This document shows positions 7,843 to 17,635 of a stretch of 64,000 nucleotides of DNA, one piece after another. Source of the DNA: a virus. Location: IMG/VR virus record IMGVR_UViG_3300037501_000166; one strand, 5' to 3'. The position numbers were made by a program, and so were the translations under genes. Position 1 is the stretch's first letter. Every line of letters begins with the position of its first letter. The notes under the pieces are model-generated. The model saw only the letters and a list, made by a program, of their open reading frames with translations. It was not told the DNA's origin and searched no databases.

Positions 7843-8279
7843 AGCTCCCCCCTGAACCTGTTCATGTTGAAGTTGCGACCTGGGCACGCGGTCGGATTCC
7901 CTCCAGCCAACTCGGCATACTCCCCATGCCCGTAAACGTCCATATTCGAGAGGCCGAACAGCCTGAGCCACAGCCTCACCACCTCAAGGGCACGCCTCCA
8001 CTGATCGTCGGGCACAATGTCCTCATCCCAGTTCCCAACTACGCACAGGCCCAAGGAATCCTCGTTGAGCCCACTGATGTGCGCCCCGTTGCGGTCCCAC
8101 ATGCGGCCCATGAAGGTCTGAACCCTGTAGGGGCCGTCTCCAACCACCTCGATCCCGGCATGGTAGCCGATGGAATTCCAGCCCCGCTCCTCGACGTGAT
8201 ACCTCCAAATAGCCCCCCATGAAACCGTCCCTGAATCCTTGGTGGCTGAATGATGGATGATCACGCGCTTGGGAACCAT
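7839..8279 (-). CDS. Endolysin, N-acetylmuramoyl-L-alanine amidase (Amidase_2)
   Basis: IIHHSA, IGYHAGI, GAH...N..SLGLCVVGN, VYGHGE, TACPG motifs. Confidence 0.95.
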   Translation of the reverse strand: MVPKRVIIHHSATKDSGTVSWGAIWRYHVEERGWNSIGYHAGIEVVGDGPYRVQTFMGRMWDRNGAHISGLNEDSLGLCVVGNWDEDIVPDDQWRRALEVVRLWLRLFGLSNMDVYGHGEYAELAGGNPTACPGRNFNMNRFRGEL

Positions 8280-8653
8280 TACAGCCTCACCTCCCCCTTA
8301 TCCACCAAAGCAGGCTCCTCTTGGGCCTGACATCCCCCATCCCACAGCATCCAACCATTGGACATTTGCTTACACACCTGTCCGCCGCCAGGACGGCCTT
8401 CTGGGCCAGTTCCACCATCCGTTCCGTCTGCTCCAGATCCGCTTGTCTGACATAATGCAGGGCAGCATTCAGGCACGATACCGCCTTCGGCAGCGCATTC
8501 CTGACGATATGGGCACATTGATCGCGCATCCATCAAGGCCCTCCCTACCAGCGCTTGGAGTCTACCTTCCAGTTCAACCAACCTGCATGCCAACTCGTTT
8601 ACAAGGGTTGTCAAGGTCAATACCCGAAGGAGCAGGTCAGGGTCACTTGACAT
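8279..8653 (-). CDS. Hypothetical protein; frame ambiguous (alternative 8287-8529)
   Basis: Position within the operon; two overlapping frames are both plausible. Confidence 0.35.
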   Translation of the reverse strand: MSSDPDLLLRVLTLTTLVNELACRLVELEGRLQALVGRALMDARSMCPYRQECAAEGGIVPECCPALCQTSGSGADGTDGGTGPEGRPGGGQVCKQMSNGWMLWDGGCQAQEEPALVDKGEVRL

Positions 8654-8930
8654 TGCCGTATCTCTCCCTGATGATCCTTTCCCTCTCCGTCTCGGCGGCC
8701 ATATGAGCGAGGACGGATTTGGTCAAGTCAGTGATGGACCTCCCCTGCTCCTCCAGCTTCTCCTCGATGTTTTGGAGCCTAAGTTCGACCTTATCCAGGC
8801 AGGCGGATCGAAGCTGATTACACGCCTTCTCAGAGATCCGCCCATTGGCGAAGATGACCTTTCCCACGATGACCCCCAGCATCCCAAGGACCCCGGCCGT
8901 CAGGGTTACTTCCAATGTCGTCAGGTTCAT
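8643..8930 (-). CDS. Membrane-anchored coiled-coil protein (holin-like)
   Basis: N-terminal TM segment then heptad-like helix; upstream of the endolysin. Confidence 0.55.
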   Translation of the reverse strand: MNLTTLEVTLTAGVLGMLGVIVGKVIFANGRISEKACNQLRSACLDKVELRLQNIEEKLEEQGRSITDLTKSVLAHMAAETERERIIRERYGNVK

Positions 8931-8948
8931 CCCACCGCCCTTTCCTCC

Positions 8949-11036
8949 TTAGCTGATCGTCGGCACCGGCCAGATGTAGACCTCGTTGTTCGCCTCGTAC
9001 TCGAATAGATCAATGTAGAAGGTAGCCCAGCCATCATAGGCTGACGTGAAGGTCACGGAGAGCGTCTGCGACCAATCAGTCGCTGAACTTCTCTGGCTGA
9101 TAGCCGGGGCGTTCGTTTGCGTTCCAAGGGCGGTTCCAGTGGTAAGATAGTTCGCAGTCAGAAGCAAGTTCCCAGCCGAGATTCCGGCAAAGGTAGTCTG
9201 AACCTTGAACGTTACGGTGTGGGTCCCTGCCGCGAGCCAAACCCTGAATTCGTCCAAAATCCTGAGCTTGTTATCGGCATTCAGGTTGCTTTGCAGGTTT
9301 ACCGCGCCAATCGCGTATCCATTCCCACCGGAAGGGTCCTGGCTTGGGGCGTCACCTGATCCGTTACAGGCAGTTTTGACGATATCACCAAAACTATCGA
9401 AAATGCGATGATCATCTAATGTGCCATCGTAGTTTTCAAAATATATTCTATGTTTATACCCTTGAGCATTTCGATCACCAAAGGCAAGAGGCTTGTTAAT
9501 TGATGCCCCGCTCATAAAACGAACGTATACATAGCCGCTAGATCGGAAATGAGATGTAAAGCCGTAAACAGTACCAAAAACTGTAACTGGCCCTGTATAA
9601 TAAATTGCATTGGAACCACCTATAAGAGTGCCAGTTAATATGATCTCATATCCGCCGTACAATCCATTAGAAGATCCAAGAATATTACCAGAAACTGTCA
9701 CAGACCTGCAGTTAGTAATCGCCCAAGTGCATCCAGCTAATGTTCCTGACACCACAATATTCTGCCCACTATTAAGAGCATAATCACATCCAGCGATTAC
9801 ACCGCTTACAGAGAGATTAGTAGAAGAAGCGACGGCTTGGGCACAACTGGCAAAAATGCCTTGTACTTCAACGTCGTAACCTCCATTAATTCCGACTCCA
9901 TAAACAGTTGATCCTGTCCCAGCCGTATTGACAATTTCCCCACCGAAAACACACGGAGTTCGATACGCGTTAGTGCTGAAGTCGATTATGATTTGCGACG
10001 TTCCAGTACTGTTTGACCTGATTGATACGTTTCGGCTAGATAAATAAATCCTCGCTCCAGGATTTTGGACTGAGTCAACATTTTCAGCCAAGGTAATTGA
10101 TCCAGAGGCGATAGCACTGAGTTGAGTTCGCTGCCAGTCAGCAGCTTCTGGTCCTATATCAACCAAAACCACCCGATCATGCCCATCGGTCGTGGTCCAT
10201 GGTGTATCGCTTGTGACATCCTCCAAGACGTTCATAGTGGCAGTGCTAGTGTTGGTGTGCCCACTGTAGGCTTCAATAGTCCCACTACCATCGGTGGTAA
10301 GATCAATGGCAGAACCGCCGGAGGTATAGGCAAGTTTGAACGTATCGGTGGTCGCGTTGACTACGAAATAGACCCGATCGGTCAAAAGCGGGCTTGGAAG
10401 AGATCCCCCAGAAACCCTGACAGATAAGGCAGTCCCATCCGACCAGCCATGAGAGGTCGCCGTAAGCGTGTCATTGGTTGCGGACCCCGTGACGGTCTTT
10501 TTGGTACCATAAGTGCGGACAAACCAGTTTGTGGGATGGGTAGCATACAGGGCTATATCAAGATTCGCCGCGAGTACCTTAGCAGTACCCTGAAGATCGA
10601 TGATGGCCTTGTAGGAGAAACCAAGCGCCCCAGTATTCCCCCACACCCCATCCGAATTGGCAAGAAGGCGCCCCCTGTTGGTGCTCAATGTCCCATCGAG
10701 ATTATACCCAGTGCGGATCTTGAGATACCCGGAGGCTCCATCTTTGAAATAGAGCATCCCCGGAGACGAACCGCCTTGGATCGTGACGGTGAGAAGTCCG
10801 GTGAAGGAAGACTGGTCGGCGTCCATCTGGATGGAGACACCGGAACAGATTACGACCGAGTCCCCATCCACCGGGACATAAGAGCCCGGCGTTCCTGGAG
10901 TGCAGCTCTCAGTGTCGTTCCAGACGGTCGTTGTATTGGACCACGCTCCAGACGCAACGGCGTAGCGGGTGGCCGCATCCGCGCCTGAAGCCAAGCCCAG
11001 GAGCATCCCAAGGCAGAGCAGAAACCCCTTTTTCAT
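8949..11036 (-). CDS. Large beta-helix spike/fibre-like protein with N-terminal signal peptide
   Basis: MKKGFLLCLGMLLGLASGADA/ATRY; repeated V.VSG.I.G units typical of right-handed beta-helices; Thr/Gly/Ser-rich. Confidence 0.65.
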   Translation of the reverse strand: MKKGFLLCLGMLLGLASGADAATRYAVASGAWSNTTTVWNDTESCTPGTPGSYVPVDGDSVVICSGVSIQMDADQSSFTGLLTVTIQGGSSPGMLYFKDGASGYLKIRTGYNLDGTLSTNRGRLLANSDGVWGNTGALGFSYKAIIDLQGTAKVLAANLDIALYATHPTNWFVRTYGTKKTVTGSATNDTLTATSHGWSDGTALSVRVSGGSLPSPLLTDRVYFVVNATTDTFKLAYTSGGSAIDLTTDGSGTIEAYSGHTNTSTATMNVLEDVTSDTPWTTTDGHDRVVLVDIGPEAADWQRTQLSAIASGSITLAENVDSVQNPGARIYLSSRNVSIRSNSTGTSQIIIDFSTNAYRTPCVFGGEIVNTAGTGSTVYGVGINGGYDVEVQGIFASCAQAVASSTNLSVSGVIAGCDYALNSGQNIVVSGTLAGCTWAITNCRSVTVSGNILGSSNGLYGGYEIILTGTLIGGSNAIYYTGPVTVFGTVYGFTSHFRSSGYVYVRFMSGASINKPLAFGDRNAQGYKHRIYFENYDGTLDDHRIFDSFGDIVKTACNGSGDAPSQDPSGGNGYAIGAVNLQSNLNADNKLRILDEFRVWLAAGTHTVTFKVQTTFAGISAGNLLLTANYLTTGTALGTQTNAPAISQRSSATDWSQTLSVTFTSAYDGWATFYIDLFEYEANNEVYIWPVPTIS

Positions 11037-11053
11037 GGCATCCATCCAACCCG

Positions 11054-11341
11054 TCATGGTTTGTAGTAAGTAGGCTGTCCAACTGACCATCTCAACGTTG
11101 CCTCCGCGTAGACGGGCTGGCCAATGGACCACTTCAACTCACTTGAAGTCGCATTGCCTGTCAGCATGGTCATGCTCCTACCATAGGACACGCTGCTGGG
11201 AAGGAGCCCAAGGGCGGCCAAGAGCAGGAGCTTGATCGTGTAACTAAGATATGTCTTCACCCTCTTCCCCCCTAGAAAAGGGGCCGCCCATCCCTGACTG
11301 GAGGGAAGAAGCAGGCAAAGAACGAGAAAACCCACTCTCAT
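11054..11341 (-). CDS. Small exported protein (two signal-like segments; possible internal GTG start at 11260)
   Basis: MRVGFLVLCLLLPSSQGWA and KLLLLAALGLLPSSVSYG; WSIGQP/WSVGQP repeat. Confidence 0.5.
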   Translation of the reverse strand: MRVGFLVLCLLLPSSQGWAAPFLGGKRVKTYLSYTIKLLLLAALGLLPSSVSYGRSMTMLTGNATSSELKWSIGQPVYAEATLRWSVGQPTYYKP

Positions 11342-12198
11342 TTGTTACTCACCTCAATCTGAACTTCAGGGACGCCCGATGAGGTGGAGTCGGCAGCTAC
11401 AAGCATATACAAGGCCGAATCCTCATAGACCTGGATCATTCCCGTCCTGGTTAGATTGTGGACATCCCCTGCCCCAGCCGAAGGGACGCGCCCGGTCCAC
11501 AAGGGCCGAAGGACCATCACGTTGAAAGTCCCAGCCGTAGCAACCGTCCCCCTGACACGATCTATCCGCTGAATGCCATAGTCCCCTGCAGCAAGGGGGA
11601 TCTGAACACACCTGCCAACGGTCAGGGCGGCCCCTCCGCTCACCACGCCCGTATCCCCAGCATTCCCATCCTGATCGAGATAGTTAATCTGGAAGCTGGG
11701 AGTCCCCGTGAAGGCGGTCACGGCCTCGACCCAGAGCTGGAGTCCACCGTAGCCGCTCCCTGGAACACGGGAGGAATAAGAAGGCTGAGAGGCAAGGGTC
11801 GTATCAGCGTTGTAGGTATAGGCCCCAGCGGCGAAGAGGCGGTCATAGAGGGTGAGCCTGCACGCCACCGTGCTTCCGTAAAGAACCCTCGTGATGTATC
11901 CAGTCGCCCCTCCACCGAAGGCGTTGATGACTGGGTAGCCCGTAGTCGCATCGGTGGGGACCGTCCCGGCGGCGGTGTTGCCGATGGCCAGCGTTCCAGC
12001 CCCCGGGTTGCCCGCTAAGTCGAAGACGGTAAAGTTGATGGCCGCTACCGTGGTCCTGGTTCCAGTCTTGCACCACGTAAAAAGCTGCTTATTGGAACCG
12101 ATGTAGTCATCTAAAGACGTTATAGCAGCAAGACAAGGGACTGCCAAAACTATAATACCGACTACTATAAAAGGCCACCTTCTTCTCATCTGTCCCAC
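11338..12198 (-). CDS. Virion-structural-like beta protein with signal peptide
   Basis: MRRRWPFIVVGIIVLAVPCLA/AITSLDD; Thr/Gly/Ala-rich beta-strand pattern. Confidence 0.65.
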   Translation of the reverse strand: MGQMRRRWPFIVVGIIVLAVPCLAAITSLDDYIGSNKQLFTWCKTGTRTTVAAINFTVFDLAGNPGAGTLAIGNTAAGTVPTDATTGYPVINAFGGGATGYITRVLYGSTVACRLTLYDRLFAAGAYTYNADTTLASQPSYSSRVPGSGYGGLQLWVEAVTAFTGTPSFQINYLDQDGNAGDTGVVSGGAALTVGRCVQIPLAAGDYGIQRIDRVRGTVATAGTFNVMVLRPLWTGRVPSAGAGDVHNLTRTGMIQVYEDSALYMLVAADSTSSGVPEVQIEVSNK

Positions 12199-12425
12199 TC
12201 CTCAAGCATTCTCACTGCGTCATCAAGCAGGAAGGAAGTTACAGATCCTCCCATCCAGGACGACGCGGACCAGTGTGCCACAACAGCATTCCACGCCGGA
12301 GTAGTGGTTTCACCTCCACTTGTAGTCGAAAAGGTAGCAACCAGAACGACGCTCGTCCTGGCTCCAGCGCATGGAGTCAAAGCAAGCAAACCGGCAAGGA
12401 TCAGAAGACCCAAACGGGCTATCAT
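12186..12425 (-). CDS. Small exported protein
   Basis: MIARLGLLILAGLLALTPCAGA/ signal peptide. Confidence 0.55.
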   Translation of the reverse strand: MIARLGLLILAGLLALTPCAGARTSVVLVATFSTTSGGETTTPAWNAVVAHWSASSWMGGSVTSFLLDDAVRMLEEWDR

Positions 12426-12426
12426 A

Positions 12427-13623
12427 TCAACTCCCCGGCGTCCATGTTCCCCTTCGCCCCATGGAATGCCAGTTGGTGGAATCTATGGCAATAAAACAGA
12501 TGTAGTCTCCATCGGCGGCCCCACCTGAGATCTGATGCCCCGCTGTATCAGCCGTCCCATCGTAGACGAGCACATCCGAATCGTCTGGGTTGATAATAAC
12601 CGCGGCGGCAGTGGGGACAAGCATGCAGAAGCTCATACCCGCAGCAGCGGCAGGCAGGTTCCACGTCCCCGCCCCAGTGGCCACAAAGAGCGTCCCATAC
12701 ATGCCAGTACTTCCAGGCCCAGCCGCCGTCATCTCGGCCTGGGACATCCCGTTGGAGTCGGAGTTGATGTTGATGGCACCAAGGATATTCCCTGTCGTTA
12801 CAAGGTTCAAAGAGCCCCAGTTGATACTTGTGACCCCTGAATCACTCGATACGGCAACCTCGTTATCCGTGGCCGTGTCGAAGTCCCACAGGAGTCTTTC
12901 CTTCCCAGCCACCGCAGCGGCGGGTGGAGAGGCATCCGTGGAGACGCCCATGACGAGGACGGAATCAGAGGCGTCCCACTGAATCCAGGACTGCTCAGTC
13001 CCACCATCAAAGTAGGTAAGCCACATATCGGAGACTTCGGCATTCTCCGTCGTGGTGGACATATCAGCCTTGATGGAGCCCGCATCCTCATCGGCATCAG
13101 CGGCTCCGGCGGCATCACTATCTCGCAGAAGGACCTCTGGGGTGGCCCCCCTAAAGGCCACATTCAGGCTGGACTTGCATTCGAGGGCATCCCCAGCCGC
13201 GTTGACTCCGATGATCTGATTGGCGGCCGTGCAGGCAAGCACGGAGAACGCATCCGCCCCGGTCCCCTGGATGATGCTCACATCCGCAATGGTGAGGCCA
13301 GCAAGGGCCGTTAGGGTGGCGTCAGCAGACTGATAGCTTGTATCAGTCAGAGTGCTGCATCCCCCCATGACCCCACTGCCATCTATACAGACAACCTTGG
13401 ATGACGCTATCCCATGGGCCTTGGTGATGGTATTGGCAAGGGTGGCTTTCTTGTTTACCGGTGTTCCGCCCGGGTCGTCCACTGTCATGACCAAATCGTC
13501 GGACGTGGGCGCGGTATCAGCAGTTAAACCGGTTACCTTCGTATCGGCTCCGTACGCTGTTCCTCCCACAATCAAAAATATCAGCAGTGGAAATAACCAC
13601 CATTTTTGTTGTCTTTTGATCAT
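12427..13623 (-). CDS. Tail-fibre-like protein with signal peptide
   Basis: MIKRQQKWWLFPLLIFLIVGGTAYG/ADTKVTGL; C-terminal LPAAAAG...STNW domain resembles the repeats in the tail fibre at 14436-15605. Confidence 0.7.
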   Translation of the reverse strand: MIKRQQKWWLFPLLIFLIVGGTAYGADTKVTGLTADTAPTSDDLVMTVDDPGGTPVNKKATLANTITKAHGIASSKVVCIDGSGVMGGCSTLTDTSYQSADATLTALAGLTIADVSIIQGTGADAFSVLACTAANQIIGVNAAGDALECKSSLNVAFRGATPEVLLRDSDAAGAADADEDAGSIKADMSTTTENAEVSDMWLTYFDGGTEQSWIQWDASDSVLVMGVSTDASPPAAAVAGKERLLWDFDTATDNEVAVSSDSGVTSINWGSLNLVTTGNILGAININSDSNGMSQAEMTAAGPGSTGMYGTLFVATGAGTWNLPAAAAGMSFCMLVPTAAAVIINPDDSDVLVYDGTADTAGHQISGGAADGDYICFIAIDSTNWHSMGRRGTWTPGS

Positions 13624-13628
13624 GACTT

Positions 13629-13853
13629 TTACTCCAAAAGAAGATAATCGCCTGTCTCCAAAAGGACAAAGTCCGAATTTATCTCTAAGACAAGGCCATC
13701 ACCAACAGCAGGCCCTCCACCGCCGCCACCACTTCCATTGGTCAATCTATCCTTGACTGCGCTACCGATTATTTTTGAAGGGAAAGGGCCGCCATAAGAA
13801 TATGTCGCCGCCAAAAGCAAGATAAACGCCGTCAAGAGAATCAATCGAAACAT
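13629..13853 (-). CDS. Small exported protein ending LLETGDYLLLE
   Basis: MFRLILLTAFILLLAATYSYG/ signal peptide; Gly linker; acidic-hydrophobic C-terminal motif. Confidence 0.65.
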   Translation of the reverse strand: MFRLILLTAFILLLAATYSYGGPFPSKIIGSAVKDRLTNGSGGGGGGPAVGDGLVLEINSDFVLLETGDYLLLE

Positions 13854-13860
13854 AGTTCAC

Positions 13861-14196
13861 CTATTTGTGATAAATGATTGCCGATGCATTGGTCCCAGTA
13901 ATATCGAGATAGATACCGGTAGAACACCTGATGGGATGCATGTAAACAATTCCGCCATAGTGATTGGCAGCTGGCACTTTCACATAGACAAGGACTGTTC
14001 CGGATGCCGTCGTGTTGTCGTACAGAATGGCAGCTGCGTCGTTTGATCCGTCCGTATAGACCTCGATACCACACAGTTGAGTTCTACCCGTAATAATGCT
14101 GCCATCCGAAGTCTTTGCTCCCGAACTTATACATTGCGCATGGACCGTCCCAGCCAACCCGAGAATGATAAAGATAAATGCCAGTTTCTTCCACAT
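13861..14196 (-). CDS. Small exported beta protein (decoration-like)
   Basis: MWKKLAFIFIILGLAGTVHA/Q signal peptide; GGAGG RBS. Confidence 0.7.
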   Translation of the reverse strand: MWKKLAFIFIILGLAGTVHAQCISSGAKTSDGSIITGRTQLCGIEVYTDGSNDAAAILYDNTTASGTVLVYVKVPAANHYGGIVYMHPIRCSTGIYLDITGTNASAIIYHK

Positions 14197-14209
14197 AGTC
14201 TTTCCCTCC

Positions 14210-14434
14210 CTACGGATTAAGGATATTTGCTATTGTTACCCAATTCTCCGGATGATCCATGAGCGCTCCTCGAATCTGCACGTAGAGGTCCAAATTGTTA
14301 GCATTGTATTTCTCGGTAAGATCCGCTGCAATATAATTTTGAAGAAACAACGCCTTGGCCTGTCCAGCCCTTTTTGAAAGAAACTCCAGGGCAATATCCT
14401 GCTGAACGGTTGTCGTGATGGTGTACGTCGGCAT
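14210..14434 (-). CDS. Putative tail-fibre assembly chaperone
   Basis: Small helical ORF right after the tail fibre gene; AGGAG RBS before MPTY. Confidence 0.45.
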   Translation of the reverse strand: MPTYTITTTVQQDIALEFLSKRAGQAKALFLQNYIAADLTEKYNANNLDLYVQIRGALMDHPENWVTIANILNP

Positions 14435-14435
14435 A

Positions 14436-15605
14436 TCATGCTCTCCTGACAACCAAGCTAATGTAGTTACAGACAATCGTGTCGGCTGAATTGGCGCATT
14501 CGCCGGTGATCTTCACTGTGATTGACCCGGAAGTGATATCATCGCTTCCGCTTCCAAGAACGCAGAAAGCGGTATTATTCGTATTTACGCCTAAAGATAC
14601 TGTCTTGTGCGAGTTCGTGGCACTCAAATAAGTTGTAATCCTGTGTACGCTATCGTATGCCGGCGTAGCCACATCTCGAATTGTAATGTTCGTTGCCCCG
14701 AAATAGTACTTAAGCGTTTTGTTTCCATTGGCGTTCTGATAATCAATGTTCACATCGGCTTCAAGCACGTCGCCGATTCGGAGTGAATTTGCCGGGAAAG
14801 TGAAAGTCGCGATTACGTCTTCACCTGTTCCGCTTGTGGTTCCCGTAGCGATTTGCGTGGGAATGTACTCGCTGACAATCACCCAGTTCGACCCATTGGA
14901 TTCGATCTCGATTGACTGGCCTTTCACAAAGAACACATAAGTGGTCTGCGTTCCGCCTGGCCTGGCGATTGTCTCCGAAGCGTTCGGGTCCACCGTGATG
15001 GTATTCGTCACATCCGTCGCTATGATGGTAAGCCGCCGACCGGCCCCTGCCGTCGCTGCCGCCCGAAGATTTACAGTCACGGCCCCGGAGGCTCCAGAAC
15101 ATTCCAAAATGTCATCGTACTTGGTTTCTGAATACGTCTCGTTGGAAAGAGCCCTTCTGGTCGGTCTCGGTTTCCTGTGCCCGAGGATGTGCCAGTTAGA
15201 CCCGTCACAGTAAAGCAGCAGACTTTCCTTGGCCACGCTGAAAACAAAGTTTGTGTCCCCGTCGATGGTTTCCGATCCGGAACCATCAATGATGATTCCG
15301 TAATCGAGATCGATGCTCTTGATCAGGCAAAGATAACCAGCCCCGGCTGTCGCTGCCGCGAGAAGGGTATATGTCGTCGCGGCTCCAGGGTCTATCTCGA
15401 TAATGACATCCCCGTTGCTCATGCTCGATGTGCCGGTCACAGTTGCCCTTTTGGTTGCGACAGGGAATATGTTTCCAGGAGTAGTCCCGTCCCACACGCA
15501 GAAATTGTCAATGATAGACTTGAGATGAGAGAAATTATTGCGCATGTTGGTAAGATCGTTACTTATCTGATTCGCCGCTGTCGGGACTGAGTCCGTCCAA
15601 GCCAT
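14436..15605 (-). CDS. Tail fibre (no signal peptide) with two tandem internal repeats
   Basis: N-terminal adaptor-like helix; repeats L.AAATAGAG...SETI...GSNW.I occur twice. Confidence 0.75.
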   Translation of the reverse strand: MAWTDSVPTAANQISNDLTNMRNNFSHLKSIIDNFCVWDGTTPGNIFPVATKRATVTGTSSMSNGDVIIEIDPGAATTYTLLAAATAGAGYLCLIKSIDLDYGIIIDGSGSETIDGDTNFVFSVAKESLLLYCDGSNWHILGHRKPRPTRRALSNETYSETKYDDILECSGASGAVTVNLRAAATAGAGRRLTIIATDVTNTITVDPNASETIARPGGTQTTYVFFVKGQSIEIESNGSNWVIVSEYIPTQIATGTTSGTGEDVIATFTFPANSLRIGDVLEADVNIDYQNANGNKTLKYYFGATNITIRDVATPAYDSVHRITTYLSATNSHKTVSLGVNTNNTAFCVLGSGSDDITSGSITVKITGECANSADTIVCNYISLVVRRA

Positions 15606-15610
15606 GAGTG

Positions 15611-17635
15611 TTACTCCTCTTTCGTGTCTTTCATGAAAGACAAGTCGCCAGTCACGTTATTTCGGCCGGCAATAGTAACAAGTCTTGACGCGATTCTGAC
15701 CGCTTCCGGCGTTGTCGGGTTAGTAGTCAGGCCCCTCGCAAGCATAGCCATTCCGGCCTTGGATGCATAAATCTTGGCGAGACCTTTTGTGCTGATAAGA
15801 ACAGCCCCGCCTGCCAAAAGTGCCCCTTGCGTGGCTTCGCCGATATCCCGTTCTCCGAAAACGGCCGCGGCCATGGGGCTGATGATCGCCCCCGATTGAA
15901 CCAACTGAACGACGAGCCCGCCGCCAAGTTTTGTGGGTCGTTCCTGAATCAGCTCAAGGGTTCTGGCGATGTTATTGATGGATTGCAGTTCATCTTTTGA
16001 AAACATCTTTTCAAGATTGTAATCACCAACCTTATTCAGCTGAGTATTAAGCTTACGCCATGAGATATTCCCTTGAGGCGTCACGCTTTGGACGTGTATG
16101 ATATCGTTCAACCAATGCGCTTTCAGATCCTGAAAAACATCATGAGGCAATATCTGTTTCAGATGATTGATGCGCCTTGAACCAATCTCACTCGTCATGT
16201 ACTTGGCTACTGAATCTGGATATTCTTTGGATAACGCCGTCAACAATTTGTCGTTATATATCTCAATCCCTTCCTTGTAAAACTTGTTGGCTTCTCGCCA
16301 AGCCAAGACCGCTTGCGGATCAAGCGAATTACCTTCGGTCTCCATGACCTCATCGATTTTGTTTGCCAATTTCTTGGCTATGCCAGCATCGCGGCCAGGG
16401 ACAAGGGCATTGGGGCGGTAGCCGACTTTATAAAGAGACGCGCGTTCCTGCTGCAAGAACCTCCACGGCAGTTCAGCGGGCCAACCAAGAATTTTTTGAA
16501 GCGTATTGATGCTGACATTCATCCCGGTGATCTGAGCTTTGCCCTTGATGACGGCCCCTGTATTTGGATCAACCTTTTTCCACTTGTAGACCAAATCATT
16601 AAGCAACTGCTTCGCCGAATCTTTGATGCGTCGGGTCGAAACGCCTTTTTGAGCTATGCCGTCAAGCTGTGCATAGTTAGCTCTAGCGGCAGTCATGAAT
16701 GAGTCAAGACCTCTTTCCGCCGCATCCTGGATAGCCGTTCCCAAAACATGCGGGTCTCCGGTGTTACCTATGGCCCGAATGGTTTGATTTACCATTCGAT
16801 CGATGACTTCCCTGCCTTGACCTTTTTCAACGACATCGCCGATGGTTTGGGCGCCACCCCAAGAGCCTTCCAGAAAATTCTGAAGAACCCAAAGCCCTCG
16901 ACTTCTGGAGATTTGAGCTGGCAGAAATCTCCCGCCGAATTGTTTGAAGTTTTGAATGATCGCCTCGGCTTTGGGCGTGATTTTAGGTTCTATCGGCTTG
17001 GCAACCATACGGCCCAGCTTTTCGCCAAGCATCCCACCCGCAACCGCAATCCCTGTTTCGACTGGAGTTGGACGATAGAACGCCCCAGTCAATGCGTTGG
17101 CAACGCCGCGTTTCAGATATTGCCCCGCCGCCGTTCCGGCCCCAGCTCCTACTATGGTCCCTAAACCAGGCTTGACCAAAGATCCGCCCATGGCCCCCAG
17201 AGTTTGCAACGCTGTTTCAGGAACTTCTCCGAACCAATCCCCGAAATCCTGGAGGGTCGCCTTGCGCTCATCAACCAAAGTCCACTTTTTCGATTCAGGA
17301 TTCAAATAAACCAGATCACCAGTCTCAGCCCGGCCAGCAGCATAACCATGTTTTTTGAGAAACCCGACCCGTTCTGCCGGATCATCGATATAACTCAATG
17401 CTATCCTCATGAACGGATTGGACATTCCCGATTCGGTGTCGATATTCGGCCCCAAATCCCTTATCAAATCGCCTCTCGTAGCTGCGGAGTGGACATTGAT
17501 TTGACGCTTCAATTCATCCAACTTGCCGGTATCTACAACCGTCTCTTTCAGCTTCAATACGGGATGGTTCGGCGTTTGTTCCTCACTGATTCTCCGCCGG
17601 ATCATGTTTTGCAGTTCATCAAGTTCATTAGGCAT
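15611..17635 (-). CDS. Large DNA ejection / internal virion protein
   Basis: 674 aa helical protein with Gly/Ala-rich hydrophobic segments; podovirus gene order. Confidence 0.7.
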   Translation of the reverse strand: MPNELDELQNMIRRRISEEQTPNHPVLKLKETVVDTGKLDELKRQINVHSAATRGDLIRDLGPNIDTESGMSNPFMRIALSYIDDPAERVGFLKKHGYAAGRAETGDLVYLNPESKKWTLVDERKATLQDFGDWFGEVPETALQTLGAMGGSLVKPGLGTIVGAGAGTAAGQYLKRGVANALTGAFYRPTPVETGIAVAGGMLGEKLGRMVAKPIEPKITPKAEAIIQNFKQFGGRFLPAQISRSRGLWVLQNFLEGSWGGAQTIGDVVEKGQGREVIDRMVNQTIRAIGNTGDPHVLGTAIQDAAERGLDSFMTAARANYAQLDGIAQKGVSTRRIKDSAKQLLNDLVYKWKKVDPNTGAVIKGKAQITGMNVSINTLQKILGWPAELPWRFLQQERASLYKVGYRPNALVPGRDAGIAKKLANKIDEVMETEGNSLDPQAVLAWREANKFYKEGIEIYNDKLLTALSKEYPDSVAKYMTSEIGSRRINHLKQILPHDVFQDLKAHWLNDIIHVQSVTPQGNISWRKLNTQLNKVGDYNLEKMFSKDELQSINNIARTLELIQERPTKLGGGLVVQLVQSGAIISPMAAAVFGERDIGEATQGALLAGGAVLISTKGLAKIYASKAGMAMLARGLTTNPTTPEAVRIASRLVTIAGRNNVTGDLSFMKDTKEE

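Noticed and set aside
8949-15605. Diversity-generating retroelement or invertible tail-fibre system
   Set aside because: No reverse transcriptase or invertase, and no template/variable repeat pair or inverted crossover sites seen.
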